Shown one piece after another: positions 33,567 to 48,260 of a stretch of DNA of 64,000 bases. Origin of the DNA: Macrostomum lignano (Eukaryota); contig NIVC01000087.1 in assembly GCA_002269645.1 (NCBI GenBank), positions 682,001-746,000 of the forward strand, written 5' to 3'. Numbering within the stretch: position 1 is the stretch's first letter; every line of letters starts with the position of its first letter. The translations under genes and the position numbers were made by a program. Under the pieces are notes generated by a model. It was not told where the DNA came from. It worked only from the letters and a program-made list of their open reading frames with translations, and searched no databases.

Positions 33567-35014
33567 TGAGGGGAGATGAGGATGATGCTCAAGGTGAAGT
33601 ATTTCCCAACCAAATGTTTTAGCTACCTGGGCTTTAATTTAAAACAAAAATTTTAATAATGCAAGCGTCAGCCTAATTTGCAGTCAAGCATGCCCCGGAA
33701 CAATGGACAAAATAAAAAAACACATTTAGCACTGCGGCCAACGCTGCTCCCCAGAGCACGCTGCATTATTTAGCAAGGACGGGTCCCGGTGATAACTGAC
33801 TCTGTTTTTTTTGGCTTTTCAATCGACCGCCCCAGCCAGCGGAATCGAGTTACTCAATGCATCGCTTTCAACTCGCTATGACCGCCTCTTTGGGCTGCAG
33901 TCGGTTTCCGTTCGACTAGTCGCCAGTGTGCAGACTCCGAGTGTGACTTCACTCGGACGCCACGGTCTACAGTAGGTAGTTTTTAAATGTACTACAGCCG
34001 CTGCAGCTCAGCGATTGAGACAGGGGGTGGGGTGGGGGGGGGCTTTTGGAAAATCAGTGAGTCGCGAATGCTCAGGAAGAGAGGCCGGAGTGAGAGGATG
34101 GAGCAGGAACAGTCGGGTATGGGACTGAGGCTTGGGCGCGCGGGGTAGTGCCGCAGAGGGAGGAAGTTTTTGACGATGTAGAGTGGGCTGCGGGGCGGCC
34201 ACACGACAACTCAGCTCGCTGAGGTGAGGCAAGGAGGCCGGGGAGCAGAACTTGGAGTGTAACAGCTCATCGCCAAGACAAGAAGTTTCAGCCAAATGCA
34301 GGCAAAGTTATGCATTATTTTGCTACTAAATGGCTTTGGTAGAATCGAATTTTGTGTACTTGATCCGATTTTGAAGCCAAATAAATTACCAGCGATGATC
34401 CGTGAGCTTTTCGGTACAAAATGTTCAATAGCTTTTAGCTTTGAACAACCAAACTTACGAGTTATTTCTGAAAGCAGAAGCCTGTCTGTTATTTGTGTAT
34501 AAACTGTAAAACTGCGAGTTACTCCACGCTCTGGTTCTCATAGGCCTCCTTGGGTGAGCTCCGGCTTGGAAACATGAGAGGGGGGCGGGAGGCTGAAGGG
34601 GAAGTCCGCTGTGCCCTCCCGGCTCCATCCAGCCTGCACTCATTTTCGCCCTCTAGCTAGCCAGCCTGAGGCTAAAGGGGAAGAGGCTAAGGGGTAGAGA
34701 AGGGCGGCAGACTTAGCATAATTATGTTATCGATTGATTGAAGCCGCGGTCAGGTGGCCGAACTGCAGAGCCGCCATGCAGGGCCACAGCAGGTGCAAAG
34801 AAAGAAGCAAAGACGGCTCCTGGTCTCAGCTTCTCGCGGTTGCTCAGGGGGAGAGAGAAATGAGGAGAGAGAAAACTCAAGAGAGAGAACTCAAGCCAAG
34901 AGGCCAGGATTATTGACAATTTCTATATTTACTCACTTCTTGATTGTCCCAGTGCCTTGCTTGTAAATCATTTTTGCTACTATTTTCGAACTCAAGGACA
35001 TGGACTTTCATTTC

Positions 35015-35293
35015 ATTCCGAACGGCTAGAGCGTTGGCTCACGACTGAAAGGTCTGAAGTTCGATTCCCGAACCACTCGGAACAAGCTGTGTCCTTGAGC
35101 AAAACACTTAGCTCTGCATTTGCTTCAGTTCACCCAGCTGTAAAATGGGTGCCAGCATTAGCTGGGGTAATTGAGGGTGTGTGACGACCCCCCAGTCCTT
35201 GGACTGAACAGCCGTACGCAGCCTTCAGATGCTCCATGCCACCGTTCAATAGCTGCGGCTGAGCTGTCGGCTGCATACTATTATTATTACTAC
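35015..35293 (+). mobile_element. SINE family A copy
   Basis: CTAGAGCGTTGGCTCACGACTGAAAGGTC..GTTCGATTCCC..CCAGCTGTAAAATGGG..GCTGAGCTGTCGG plus a TATTATTATTA tail. Confidence 0.85.
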
Positions 35294-36499
35294 TAAAACA
35301 TCGCGCTGAAGGTCCTGAAGTATCCAACAAGCTGATGATGAAGCACAAAACCATCGAAGTCCATGAAATCAATGAAGTGTGTTTGACACTGTTGTCGACA
35401 AGGAATGTCTCAATTATCTTGGACTCCACTGACTTGAATGATGGGTGCAAGATTGCGGAATAAGCAAACCTCTAGAAGTACTTCGGAGTACATCGCACCG
35501 CACGAACACGAAAAATGAGAATGAACACAGGCATGCCCTAGGCTACGGTGCGGCATCGGTACTGGAGTGTGGAGAGAAGTGCGAGCATGGGACGGGAGAC
35601 GAGAGACGGGGAGCAAACAGATGCTGGAGGTCGGAGAGCCTCCCAGCTTCCCATCGGAAGCAGTTCAGTCAGGGAAGTCTTCCTACTTCCGCTCTAAGGA
35701 AGGTTAGAAGTCGAGACGTCAATCAGAGACGGTTTGTGCCATTTTAACCCCCCCCCAACCCCGAGCAGGAAAGCAAAGAAAGGGATATTCTCCCATCAGT
35801 TCGAATTTGTTTGCGAGCGCTCAGCTGGGGGTGGGGAATGGCGGCTCAGTCATAATCTCTTCTCCTTCACATCCGCGTTGCCAAGGGGAATTAATTACCT
35901 GGGAATCGTTTGGACTCAAAGCTGACCGAATCGCGCTAGCCGAAAGCGCTCCGTGGCATGCCGGGCTGATCGAATTCTCTCTCTGACTCTCTTTCCGTTC
36001 TGACTCCGTCTCACCCAGCCTCCTCCGTCCCCTCTCCCCTCGCCATCTTTCCGCAAAGGAAACCGCTGATGCAGTTCAGCATTTTCTATATATTTTCTCT
36101 GGCCAAGCATTTACAGCTCCCGTCCATCTGCTGCTCAGAAGGAAAAGAAGAAGAAGGGGAAGGCCAGAAGACTGAATCAGAAAGAGCCGCGATGGAGAGT
36201 ATAGGGCGGCGATGAGGCGCTGAGGCTGAAAGCTTTGGCTTTGGCCCGTCAGGATTAAAGTTATAGTGAGTGCCGCTGGGCCCGCCTCGGAGGCCGAGCG
36301 GACGGCGGCTTTGCTAGTAAAGACCCAGGTTAGAAATATGGACTAACATATTTCTGAGTAAAGTAGCTGATAGAAAACCGACACGGTCCTGTAAAATGTT
36401 TTTTTTAAATTAATTCGTTCGTCCCAGCAGCCAGCGAGGACGAGAGGCCGGACTGGCTCAGCAGTACCGTCCGGCTCTAACGTTTCTGCCCCACTTTGA

Positions 36500-37035
<536 letters not shown>

Positions 37036-37507
37036 GTCGCTATATCATTGTTGCCATTTTCTTCTAGAAGAGTTCCTTGCTAAAAAATATCCAGCCAGCA
37101 GATTCTGTTGACTGCGCGCAGGAAACGCAGTTGAAGCCGCTCTCACCAGACCGCCACACTTTCTCAATCTTCATCCTCTCGAGTTCGAGCATTTTCATCT
37201 CTTTCTCTCTTCCCTTACACCCCTCATCTCCCTCTCACTTCAGTTTTTAAGTCTTCCTGGCCTGCCAATTAAGCTTTCATTTTAACGAACACGGAGAGGG
37301 CAAGGGTGGCTCCCAGGGGGGCAGCTGGGGTAGAGAGAGACTGGGTGAGCGAGCCAGATATAGACGCCGCTAGTGGACTCTAAAGTGCATGGCAACAGTC
37401 GAAAAAAATAATCTCTTTCCTGGCCACGCCTGGCAGTTTGCCCTATTTGAGGGTCCAAGTGAGACATGGGGTCTTCAAGCCACAGTATCTAAAGTCTGAG
37501 TCTTATA

Positions 37508-38531
37508 GTCACATTCTGGATGGAGGCATCACATTCAGGATAGAGGCGCCACATTCGGGATAGAGGAGCCACATTCGGGATAGAGGAGCCACATTCGGGA
37601 TAGAGGCGCCACATTCGGGATAGAGGCGCCACATTCGGGATAGAAGCGCCAAATTCGGGATAGAGGCGCCACATTCGGGATAGAGGCGCCACATTCGGGA
37701 TAGAAGCGCCAAATTCGGGATAGAGGCGCCACATTCGGGATAGAGGAGCCACATTCGGGATAGAGGAGCCACATTCGGGATAGAGGAGCCACATTCGGGA
37801 TAGAGGCGCCACATTCGGGATAGAGGCGCCACATTCGGGATAGAAGCGCCAAATTCGGGATAGAGGCGCCACATTCGGGATGGAGGCATCACATTCAGGA
37901 TAGAGGCGCCACATTCGGGATAGAGGCGCCACATTCGGGATAGAGGCGCCACATTCGGGATAGAAGCGCCAAATTCGGGATAGAGGCGCCAAATTCGGGA
38001 TAGAGGCGCCACATTCGGGATAGAGGCGCCACATTCGGGATAGAGGCGCCACATTCGGGATAGAGGCGCCACATTCGGGATAGAGGCGCCACATTCGGGA
38101 TAGAGGCGCCACATTCGGGATAGAGGAGCCACATTCGGGATAGAAGCGCCACATTCGGGATAGAGGCGCCACATTCGGGATAGAGGCGCCACATTCGGGA
38201 TAGAAGCGCCACATTCGGGATAGAGGCGTCACATTCGGGATAGAGGCGCCACATTCGGGATAGAGATGCCACATTCGGGATAGAGGCGCCACATTCGGGA
38301 TAGAGGCGTCACATTCGGGATAGAGGCGCCACATTCGGGATAGAGGCGCCACATTCGGGATAGAGGCGTCACATTCGGGATAGAGGCGCCACATTCGGGA
38401 TAGAGATGCCACATTCGGGATAGAAGCGCCACATTCGGGATAGAGGCGTCACATTCGGGATAGAGGCGCCACATTCGGGATAGAGATGCCACATTCGGGA
38501 TAGAGATGCCACATTCGGGATAGAGATGCCG
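37508..38531. repeat. 20-bp minisatellite, about 51 copies
   Basis: Unit GCCACATTCGGGATAGAGGC. Confidence 0.97.
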
Positions 38532-38605
38532 CAATAGATGATCAGTGCCGCCACCAGAGTCGTCGCTGGCTTCGAAGCTCCGCTGACAACCCCGGACGGA
38601 CTCAC

Positions 38606-39099
38606 CTCGGCGCAGCGGCAAGGCGTCAGGTGGCAGTCGGCATTCCGCAGGATGCATTTCGGCCGCGTGTGACGAATCTTTCTAAACCCGTCGGCCGTTG
38701 TCGTGATGATGGAGGATCCTGGCGAGCTTTCGTGCCAGTCCTCGGACGAAGCATCGGCGGCGACGCCAGCTGAGGCAGAGGCGGAGCCAGCTTCAAGGAC
38801 GTGCGTCGCGGAAGCGAACAGCGGCGGGTTGAACTGAAATCGGGCCATTGGACTGGCGTCCGCCGCTGCCGCCGCCGCCGACGCCGCCGCCGCAGTGAGG
38901 CGATCGTCCCAGCTTTTCCGGCGAACCCGGAGGCTCTCGCGCAGAGCGGAATTCCGGCGCGACTCAAGTGGCGTCCCCATCACCATCACTGACTGGCGGC
39001 GCCGCTCCGCCTCCCGGCGCCGGTGCCAAATCAGCCCCATCGCCGCCACGGCGCTTACCCCAGCGACGTCGTTCACTGAGTCGTCGAGCATGCCGACGC
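38606..39099 (-). CDS. Probable upstream MPDZ exon with a novel Arg/Ser/Ala-rich N-terminal sequence
   Basis: GC-rich 494-nt open frame (MLDDSVNDVAG..RRRQSV..RRNS..RRKSW..CRCAE). Acceptor cccccaag, GAG|gtgagt donor in phase 0, compatible with the 30143 exon. No domain recognised. Confidence 0.55.
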
Positions 39100-39169
39100 C
39101 TTGGGGGGATGGATAGGTCTTTGTCTAGGTCTCTAGGTAGGTGTGTAGGTCAATTCTAGGTCTTTTTGT

Positions 39170-39368
39170 CGGACTGAGTCTAGGTCTTTTTTCTGACCGA
39201 TTCTAAGTCTGTGTGTCTGACTGATTCTAGGTCTTTGTGTCTGACTGTCTTTGTGTCTGACTGAGTCTAGGTCTTTGTGTCTGACTGAGTCTAGGTATTT
39301 GTGTCTGACTGAGTCTAGGTCTTTGTGTCTGACTGAGTCTAGGTCTTTGTGTCTGACTGAGTCTAGGT
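39170..39368. repeat. 24-bp minisatellite, about 7 copies
   Basis: Unit CTGACTGAGTCTAGGTCTTTGTGT. Confidence 0.9.
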
Positions 39369-39390
39369 TCTTATTTCTTGCGACTTAAGT

Positions 39391-39500
39391 TAGGGGTCGG
39401 CAAACTCCGGCCCGCTAAGCCTCTCTATCGGGCTCTCGGGTCCTTTGAAACTCTGAAGCCATCCTTGAAGCATCTTTGTTATTTAGTTTGCCAACCCCTG
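39391..39500. mobile_element. hAT (Charlie-like) MITE, 110 bp
   Basis: TIRs TAGGGGTCGGCAAAC and GTTTGCCAACCCCTG, with the subterminal TCCGGCCCGC typical of hAT non-autonomous elements. The flanking 8-mers match only 5/8. Confidence 0.7.
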
Positions 39501-41902
39501 ACCTGGGTCAAAATCAAAATTTACGATCTTGTCTTATTATAAAGCCTTGCGGTCTCACCTGTGCAGCACCTGCCAGATTTGCCTCCAGGGTCGGCGTCGA
39601 ACGCTCGACAAGCAAGTTTTCTGGGCGATAGTGCAGTGCAGCCGCTGCTACACTTTATTTATGCCTGATTTATTTCATTCAAACTGAGAGGAGCCCCCTG
39701 TCTTGTCCACGTGCGATCGCGCGGCACGTGCCGGTTTGTGCCAGAGGCGCGCTGAGCGCACGGTCGAGCGGAGTGGGGCGGCGGAGGGTTCGAATCGGAC
39801 AAAAACGTCCTCAGTCTTTGGATTGCCTGTCCGAAGTCTCGGCAAATAAAGAAAAGAGTTGGAGAGGAATAGAAATCGGCAGTGCAGAGGAAGAAGAAGC
39901 TATGGGGGGGGTTTGGCGCTCACTTTGGAAGCTTTTTGGTTTCTCGCATCTCGCATTCGAGCCCCCGGGGGCTGCGGGATGAGGCACCGGACTCGGGAGG
40001 TGGGAGGCTGGGAGGGGGGGGGCGTATTATTTCTCCAGTGGCCAGGCGGTCGAACCAAAACAGGAGGCCGCAGGCGGGACGAGAAAGGGGAGGAGCATGA
40101 AGGGGAGAAGGGAGAATATGGGAAAGGAGTAGAGAGAGAGCGCGGGCTGGGAGAGGAGACGAGCCAGAGGGGGGACTGGGGCTCCCGCCGTGGGGATTAG
40201 CAGAGGCGACTGTCGTCAAATACCGCAAAAACGGGGTGATCGTGGGTGCTGGGGGCAGGGGGGTGGTTATACACGCGTGCAGATGCCGATGAAGCCAACT
40301 GGGCTGGCAGAATAGCTTGCAAGTAAATTTGCAGTTGTTGAGCACACAATGCCACGGTGCCAGCCATAGTACCGCGATGGTTTCTTGGAAAGTGGCAAAG
40401 GGAATGGCTGGGGGGGAATTGGCTATGGGGGAGGGCCGCCACCCGCGCCAGCCTTGGACTAACATGAGCCTGCATGAGGAAGACACGCGGGGGAAGTGGG
40501 GTTGGCGGGCAAGGAGGTCGCTCCCGCCAGATGGAAGAAGAAGCTACGCATGGCGGGGGAATCCCTATAAGTGGGGATTTGGGAGGCCGCTACTGTGCGG
40601 CGGAGAAGTTGCGAGCAGCGGAATGAAACTGAGGCGCCCCGAGAAGAGGAGCATGCATGAATATCGGGTGGAGACACTCGCTGTGGTGGCAGCCTCCCTA
40701 AAGATAATCTTCCCCATCTGAGACCGCAGCTCCAGAAGTGTGAGCAGAGAAGGAAATGCGGAGCAGATGGCTGGCCTGCTGAAGAACTCATTGGAAATGG
40801 GATAATAAAGACGGGACGATAAACCGAAAAGCGAAGCTGAGAGTAATTTAGGAGAATTAAATTTTCAACCAAGCATTCAACCAAGAAAAGATGATCTGGG
40901 AGTGTGGCAGCAATAATCTTGCATACTGTTTTTTACTCGGCTTGGCATGCCAATGAAGTGCTGTGCCATTACGCAGTTGTCTATATCTGCCAAACTCGAA
41001 TAAAGTTGTCGGTAAATAATGTGCGACGAAAAATTCTGTTGACAAGAAGAGGAGTTGCAAAATTCCAAACACAGCGGATTGCCTCACAAATTAATTGCAC
41101 TCTTCGATCGCACTACTGCTGAGTAGGCTGTTGCAAATGTCACATCGTATCGATAAATAAAGTTTGCGAGTGCTACTTATAGTAATAGTTTTTGTAAATA
41201 AATTTTATGTCCTGACAGTCTATAATAATATTCAAGTAATTTGTTTTAATCTGGCGACGTTAAACAATGGCATTTAAATTAAATTAAATCATATTAAATA
41301 ATCTAGTTCTCAAAATTAATATTGACTTAGGTTCTCCCCCAATACATGTAGTATAAGTAGACGCAAACTCTTTTCAATTCTTTTTCAACTGCTTTTAAGT
41401 ACTTGGAAATCTTAATACTGTAATTAGAACGCAGAATACTAAAGATATGGAAGTGAAACGAAGTAGATCTCGGAAAAACATATACAGTATTAAGACCGTG
41501 ATCCTCTAATCATGGTAATCATGATAACTGAGAGATTTACAAGAAGAGTTATTCTAAGAAAAACATGTAAGAAATTCCACGCGACGCTACCACTACGAAG
41601 TAAGAAACACAAATACAAATATCCAGATATATACTCAGAATTATGCATAGACATATACTCAGAGTAACAACCTGTAAGCCTGTTACAACTTGGTGGCATT
41701 AGTGAGATTGAAGCAAAGGCCTGTGACAACTTTAGTGTCGGCAGTTTGAGTTTATAAAAGACAGAAAAACCCTTTTTAACAACTTTGGTGACAACAGTGC
41801 GATTATAAGATGATAGAACCAACACATCCATCACGAAAGCATAAAGATGTCACATTCGTTTTTATCAGGATGAGACTAGATTGTTCATTTCCTATTTCCT
41901 AT

Positions 41903-42190
<288 letters not shown>

Positions 42191-43103
42191 CAGGCTGGCG
42201 CACTGATTGGGCTGATCGAGTCAGCTCCAACTGACCCTCGGCATGTCTGGAGCAGGTCCCCCAGCTCACGTAGTGTCACGGCAGCTCCTTCGCAAACTTC
42301 TCTTCAAATCCAGCATTTCCTCAATCAGTGACTCTCTTCTTCACTTCTTCGTCTCAATTCTGAGCAGTTTGAGATGGAGATTCGGCCTCTTCAAACTCCA
42401 CTGCCCCATCCCTCTCCCTTAAGTCCATCGAGGCTGCTCAGGCGCGAACAGCAATCGATATTCGGGTCCAGTTCGATAAATTCGAAGCTGGCTGTGTTTA
42501 TCAGTGCAGCTCTAGCAGTTTCGAATTCGAACTGGTCAAGATTTCTCTGACGATTTTTGTTTCACCTTTGGTGGGCCGGCTGCTGTTTTCAGGACCCGAG
42601 CGCTTTGATTATGCATTGAGAAATAATATTTCCAAGTGTACTCCTCATAAATTATTCCCAATGGGAAGGACTTGTGAATTGAAATGACGAGGAGACAGGC
42701 CTCTCAGAGAAGAGAGAGAGGCTGAAGTAGCCCTCATCAGCTTCTCATCAGGGAACCGCGTAGTCGGAACTCTGCTGAGCAACGGGTGCATGGATGGGTT
42801 ATTCTTGCAAGTCCGCTCCATCAGCTTAGGTTACCTCTTCACTGTATTCGACCAGATTGTCTAACAGACAGGATGCCTGTCACAAGTGCGCACTTTTAAC
42901 AGGATCTGACAGCAAGATCGATTCGAGTACGACATCCACATGTAGATCTCTACACCCCTTTCCCATTCTATTTTTATAACAAAACTGATATGCAAATTCT
43001 TAATTCCATTTTTTGAGCACTTAAAAGTCAGAAACTGAGGCAAGACTCAAATTCCAAAACAAAATAAAAGTATACTCAAATAGTGCAATAGTGCGAAATG
43101 GTA

Positions 43104-43646
43104 TCTCAGAGACAAGAATACTCAGAGACAAGAATACTCAGAGACAAGAATACTCAGAGACAAGAATACTCAGAGACAAGAATACTCAGAGACAAGAATA
43201 CTCAGAGACAAGAATACTCAGAGACAAGAATACTCAGAGACAAGAATACTCAGAGACAAGAATACTCAGAGACAAGAATACTCAGAGACAAGAATACTCA
43301 GAGACAAGAATACTCAGAGACAAGAATACTCAGAGACAAGAATACTCAGAGACAAGAATACTCAGAGACAAGAATACTCAGAGACAAGAATACTCAGAGA
43401 CAAGAATACTCAGAGACAAGAATACTCAGAGACAAGAATACTCAGAGACAAGAATACTCAGAGACAAGAATACTCAGAGACAAGAATACTCAGAGACAAG
43501 AATACTCAGAGACAAGAATACTCAGAGACAAGAATACTCAGAGACAAGAATACTCAGAGACAAGAATACTCAGAGACAAGAATACTCAGTGACAAGAATA
43601 CTCAGAGACAAGAATACTCAGAGACAAGAATACTCAGAGACAAGAA
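43104..43646. repeat. 16-bp minisatellite, about 34 near-perfect copies
   Basis: Unit CTCAGAGACAAGAATA. Confidence 0.97.
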
Positions 43647-43656
43647 GTCAACTCAC

Positions 43657-43778
43657 CATGACTGAAGAATAAGTTGAGCTGCACAGCACAGATCAGAGAG
43701 CGCAGTCCTGATTCAACCTGCTGCTGTGGCCGTCTGTGCAGACATTCCAGGGCTCGATGGGAGCGCAGTGGGGGCCTC
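43657..43778 (-). CDS. Candidate further upstream exon (coding, or 5' UTR ending in ATG)
   Basis: catcacag acceptor, CATG|gtgagt donor, one open frame RPPLRSHRALECLHRRPQQQVESGLRSLICAVQLNLFFSH. Its phase-1 end fits the 39099 exon. Alternatively the terminal ATG could join the phase-0 PDZ exon at 30143. Confidence 0.3.
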
Positions 43779-43788
43779 CTGTGATGGT

Positions 43789-44097
43789 TAATATAATAAT
43801 AATAATAATTGATTACACCTGCCCTAATGGCCAGATGTGCAACTGACAGCTCAGCCGCAGCTATTGCGCGGCGCATCTGAAGGCTGCGTACGGCTGTTCA
43901 GTCCAAGCACTGGGGGGTCGCCACACAGCCTCAGTTACCCCAGCTAATGCTGGCACCCATTTTACAGCTGGGTGAGCTGCAGCAATGCAGGGTTAAGTGA
44001 CTTGTTCAAGGACACCAATTGTTCCTGGTGGGTCGGGAATCGAACCCCTGACCTACCAGTCGTGAGTCAGACGCTCTAACCACTAGAATACAATCCC
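43789..44097 (-). mobile_element. SINE family A copy, full length with (ATT)n tail
   Basis: Reverse complement of the family consensus from head GGGATTGTATTCTAGTGGTTAGAGCG to CAGGTGTAATCA plus an ATT microsatellite tail. Confidence 0.85.
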
Positions 44098-45584
44098 TAC
44101 TGATGGTTTAGTAGAGAGAAATTACACTGTTGGGTTGCTTGCAGAGTTCTTTCTTCTAAATAGCCAAAGTACTCCCGTCCCATTGTCACTCTGAATTCAA
44201 CACTCCAGACCCGTTGTCACTCCGAACACTTGCGATCCATTGTCACTCCGAACACTTCCACTACGAACATTTCCGACCCACTGTCACTCCGAATTCAACA
44301 ATACCAACCCATTTTCACTCGTAATGCATTGATCCCTACCCATTGTCACTCTAAATCTATCACTCCCGACCCATTTTCACTCCGAATTCAACACTCCTGG
44401 CACACTTGTCACTTAAAATAGAGTCACCCTTCAGATCAATTGTCACAACGTCACACAAATTCAATCCCTAATTCCTCACTTTCGAAAATGGGAGTCGATG
44501 AAGCTTCCGCCCATTCAATTGAAATCCCAGACAGAGCTATCCATGTTCCTGGATCCTGCATCCTCAACAACAAAATGAATAGTAATGTCCAATGTAAATT
44601 CTATTTATTGATGGCAGCTCTGGAGGGGATGCTGCGTGGACCGGTTCCTGGGGCTGAGGAGGCTGGCTGATGGCGGAGACATTCACAAAGGCCCCGGGGC
44701 TGCACACAAGAGGCAAAATTGATGAATAAAAGAAAACGGCTTGTGACAAAAAATCTTTTTTTAAGCCGTAGTCGAGGCGATCTCTGGATTGGAAACATGA
44801 AGTGGTTCAGGGACTACTGAAAACGCACCCCTGGATTCGTAACGTGACTGGATTGAAAAACCCAATGGAATTTTAGGAGTCTAACCGCAGCCAACTCTGC
44901 TTAACTTGAAAATGCTTCTAGGGAATCCTTTTTAGTCCAAGTCCTTCGCTTGTTTAGAAGTCCATGCTTGGAGGTGTGGCTAATGGATACCTTATTTACA
45001 TGTATATACCTATGATCGACTAAAATTTTCTACAATACTATCATTAAAATTTTGTGCTTCCAATCCAAGTTTTTGATCTCAGATATCCTTGTTCTACGCC
45101 TCAGCCGATGGATGCTCAATTATACTTAAACTGGCACACCCTAATACGTTAGAGAAATATGTCTAGGTCACTTGGAACTTTTGTGCTCACGGCATGGCCG
45201 GGGGGAAGGAGGCGACAGCGGAATCCGGAAGTGGCGGCATCCACTTTTTTCTCCGTGCAGTCCCCGTTCTCCAAGTACCATAAGCGGCAGCACACGGATC
45301 CCATAGCCAGATTAGAGAGACCAAGGAAAGCATCAGAAAATGGGAAACTGTTTGGTATGGAATAAAAAGTGCAGAGCTGTATTAAATGTGTGTCTAGCAT
45401 ACATGGACAACAGGAATAGAAGGCCACTACATTTGATTTTCTAAGAAAAGAGAATTATGAACGTTTGTCTATGGAAAAACCCCATTCAGCGCGATGCGTT
45501 CTACATGTAGCTACAGCATATTAAATGCTCCAGCGATACGATTAATATAGTTTCCTTTTCTGTACCTCTCATTTGATTTGCTCT

Positions 45585-46258
45585 CAGATTAGCAATTAAA
45601 CAAATTTGAAGCGTACAGTTCGTTTTAAACTTTAATTTACTTTAGGCTTCTTTTGGAGTAGCAATTAAACAAATTTTGAAGCGTACAGTTTGTTTTAAAC
45701 TTTTATTTTTTAGAGTAGCAATTAAACAAATTTTGAAGCGTACAGTTTGTTTTAAATTTTTATTTTTTAGAGTAGCAATTAAACAAATTTTGAAGCGTAC
45801 AGTTTGTTTTAAACTTTTATTTTTTAGAGTAGCAATTAAACAAATTTTGAAGCGTACAGTTTGTTTTAAACTTTTATTTTTTAGAGTAGCAATTAAACAA
45901 ATTTTGAAGCGTACAGTTTGTTTTAAACTTTTATTTTTTAGAGTAGCAATTAAACAAATTTTGAAGCGTACAGTTTGTTTTAAACTTTTATTTTTTAGAG
46001 TAGCAATTAAACAAATTTTGAAGCGTACAGTTTGTTTTAAATTTTTATTTTTTAGAGTAGCAATTAAACAAATTTTGAAGCGTACAGTTTGTTTTAAACT
46101 TTTATTTTTTAGAGTAGCAATTAAACAAATTTTGAAGCGTACAGTTTGTTTTAAACTTTTATTTTTTAGAGTAGCAATTAAACAAATGTGAAGCGTACAG
46201 TTTGTTTTAAACTTTTTTTTAGAGTAGCAATTAAACAAATTTTGAAGCGGACAGTTTG
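45585..46258. repeat. 57-bp AT-rich minisatellite, about 11 copies
   Basis: Unit AGTAGCAATTAAACAAATTTTGAAGCGTACAGTTTGTTTTAAACTTTTATTTTTTAG, giving a 19-aa periodicity in the ORF track. Confidence 0.95.
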
Positions 46259-48260
46259 TTTCAATGCATACGCGACCAATTTTTACTCGGATCTTTTGAA
46301 AGAATATTTTTTAGTTCAGAAATTTTCTGAAGATTCTTCTAGGAATTTTGCTATAACTGGCCATCTTAAGTTAGCCCATCTGGGAAGCAACAAATTAATC
46401 TCATTTAATATAAATTTGATGCTGTACATTCTACATTATAATTTGTTATCGAACTTATTTTGAGCTGTTAAAATAGGCTTTCCCGATCTCTGCAGACGGT
46501 GAGATTTTGGGATTGAGGATGAGGTTGGGTGCTACCGGTCTAGATTATCCAAAAAAGGGACCGTGCCAACCTGCTTAAGCTATATACCGGCAAAAGTGTT
46601 GATGCCCGCGGCTGCACGAGGGAAGAAGGGAACGACTCAAACACGGATAGAGGTTCCACTCAGTTAAACAAGTAGACATTGGCAGCTGAGCACTAAAGGG
46701 AGTATTGGGCCTTACTTAGTTGCTGACAGTGAAGCAGCTGCTTCCTTTTTGCACTGCGAAGGCTGTGAGATGGTCCGGCCTCTCTAAATATACTAAGCTA
46801 TGCAGCTAACTACAGCAACTGTAGGGACACTTTCCCATGCCAGAATGCAGCGAAGAGAAAGAAGTATAAGCTACTAAAAGTTTTTCCTTGTGCACCGGAG
46901 CGCTCTCTACAGGGCCTCTATTCTTCAGCTGCTGCCTCTGCTTGTAGCCCGTAATGCTGCTGTAAGCCCCCATGCAGGCTTCTTACTTTCAGAGTTGTTG
47001 TTTAATAGCTGGACAATGCCCAGTTGTTCGAGTTGTTCATCCATTCCTATTTCATCCAGCCCAAAACAATCTTTCCCGGTTTTTCCACATAGCTCCCGTT
47101 ATGCCCAAAACCGACCACTTTAGCACTTGGGGATCTCTATGGGGAGAAATAGGATAAATGGGTATTTCATGTGATCGGAAACTTTCCTGTGTTATTTTGA
47201 GTTTAATATGTTTTCATTGTGTTTTTTTTTCAGGATCCTCTAGTTATTCAGCCATTTAGCTCGTATGAAACATTGTACATGAGATACATGAGATTCAGGG
47301 CATGCACCTTTAGGATAATTTGAACAATATTAAGAGATAACATAATGGGGGCATAGCATAACATTTACTAGATCGCTCCTATTCTTCATACAAACATATA
47401 AAAAGAGGTTATTCCTTGTCATCTCGTCATTTAGGCATTTGAAGCTCCAAATGAACCGGGACCCATTGATTCAGGCTTCTTTTTGGAGCCTTAAGTTCAC
47501 ATGAAATCACCATTTATCCCATTTCTCCACATAGAGATCCCCAAATGCTAAATTGGTCGGTTTTAGACACAATGCGAGCAATTTGGCTCCAAATGAAGGG
47601 ATTTGGCGTAGAGAAACCGGGTTCGAGTGTTTCAGGCTCCATTTTGACTCTTAAGTCCTCTTTAATTAGTTCCTCTTAACGCTCGTAGTTAATGCAATTT
47701 CAAATTCGTGCCAAAAACGACACTGTTAAGCAACTGTTAAATACACTGAAAATTTCTTTAAAAAAACAAATAGTAAAGCTAGCAGGATCGTGGCAGATCA
47801 TAGCTTGATATACAAATCCTCCCCAGAGGATTTCCACACATCCTTGTCTTTTTATAGCCACCACCAGACTGTAGCATGCAGCTCGCTGAGGCGGGACCCG
47901 GGAGGAGACAGAGTTCATTAGCAACTGAGCCCAGTTGACGCTTAACGCCTGGACGGCGTCAAGAATTGCGACCACCAGCTCAGTGAGATATTCATGATGG
48001 GAACTAGAGAGAGAGTGAGTGAGAGAGTTTGTTGCGAGACAGTAGCTAAGCCGATACCAGCGGCAGCAGTGGATGAAAGTATTTTTGTACATTTGTAACA
48101 AGCGCTGTGTTCTGGGCATTACATGGGTGGATTAGTGTCGGAGGAGATTATTTTATATACACAGAGCAGCCTCCGCCTCGCCAAATATTCGTCTGCATTC
48201 TCAGACTAGCCGCTGTAAAACATTTCGTCAAATTGGCCTGACTGCGTGTGTAGATATTCT

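Noticed and set aside
35325-35440. ADD and YLG tripeptides suggesting a reverse transcriptase remnant
   Set aside because: The motifs are not in one continuous open frame, the spacing is short and there are no other RT motifs.
42725-42755. Two CTGATGAG motifs on the minus strand suggesting a hammerhead ribozyme
   Set aside because: No GAAA core follows stem II and no closing stems were found.
47700-48000. Protein-like minus-strand frame (ELVVAILDAVQALSVNWAQLL) with a good acceptor
   Set aside because: No clear donor or phase link to any gene model, and no family recognised.
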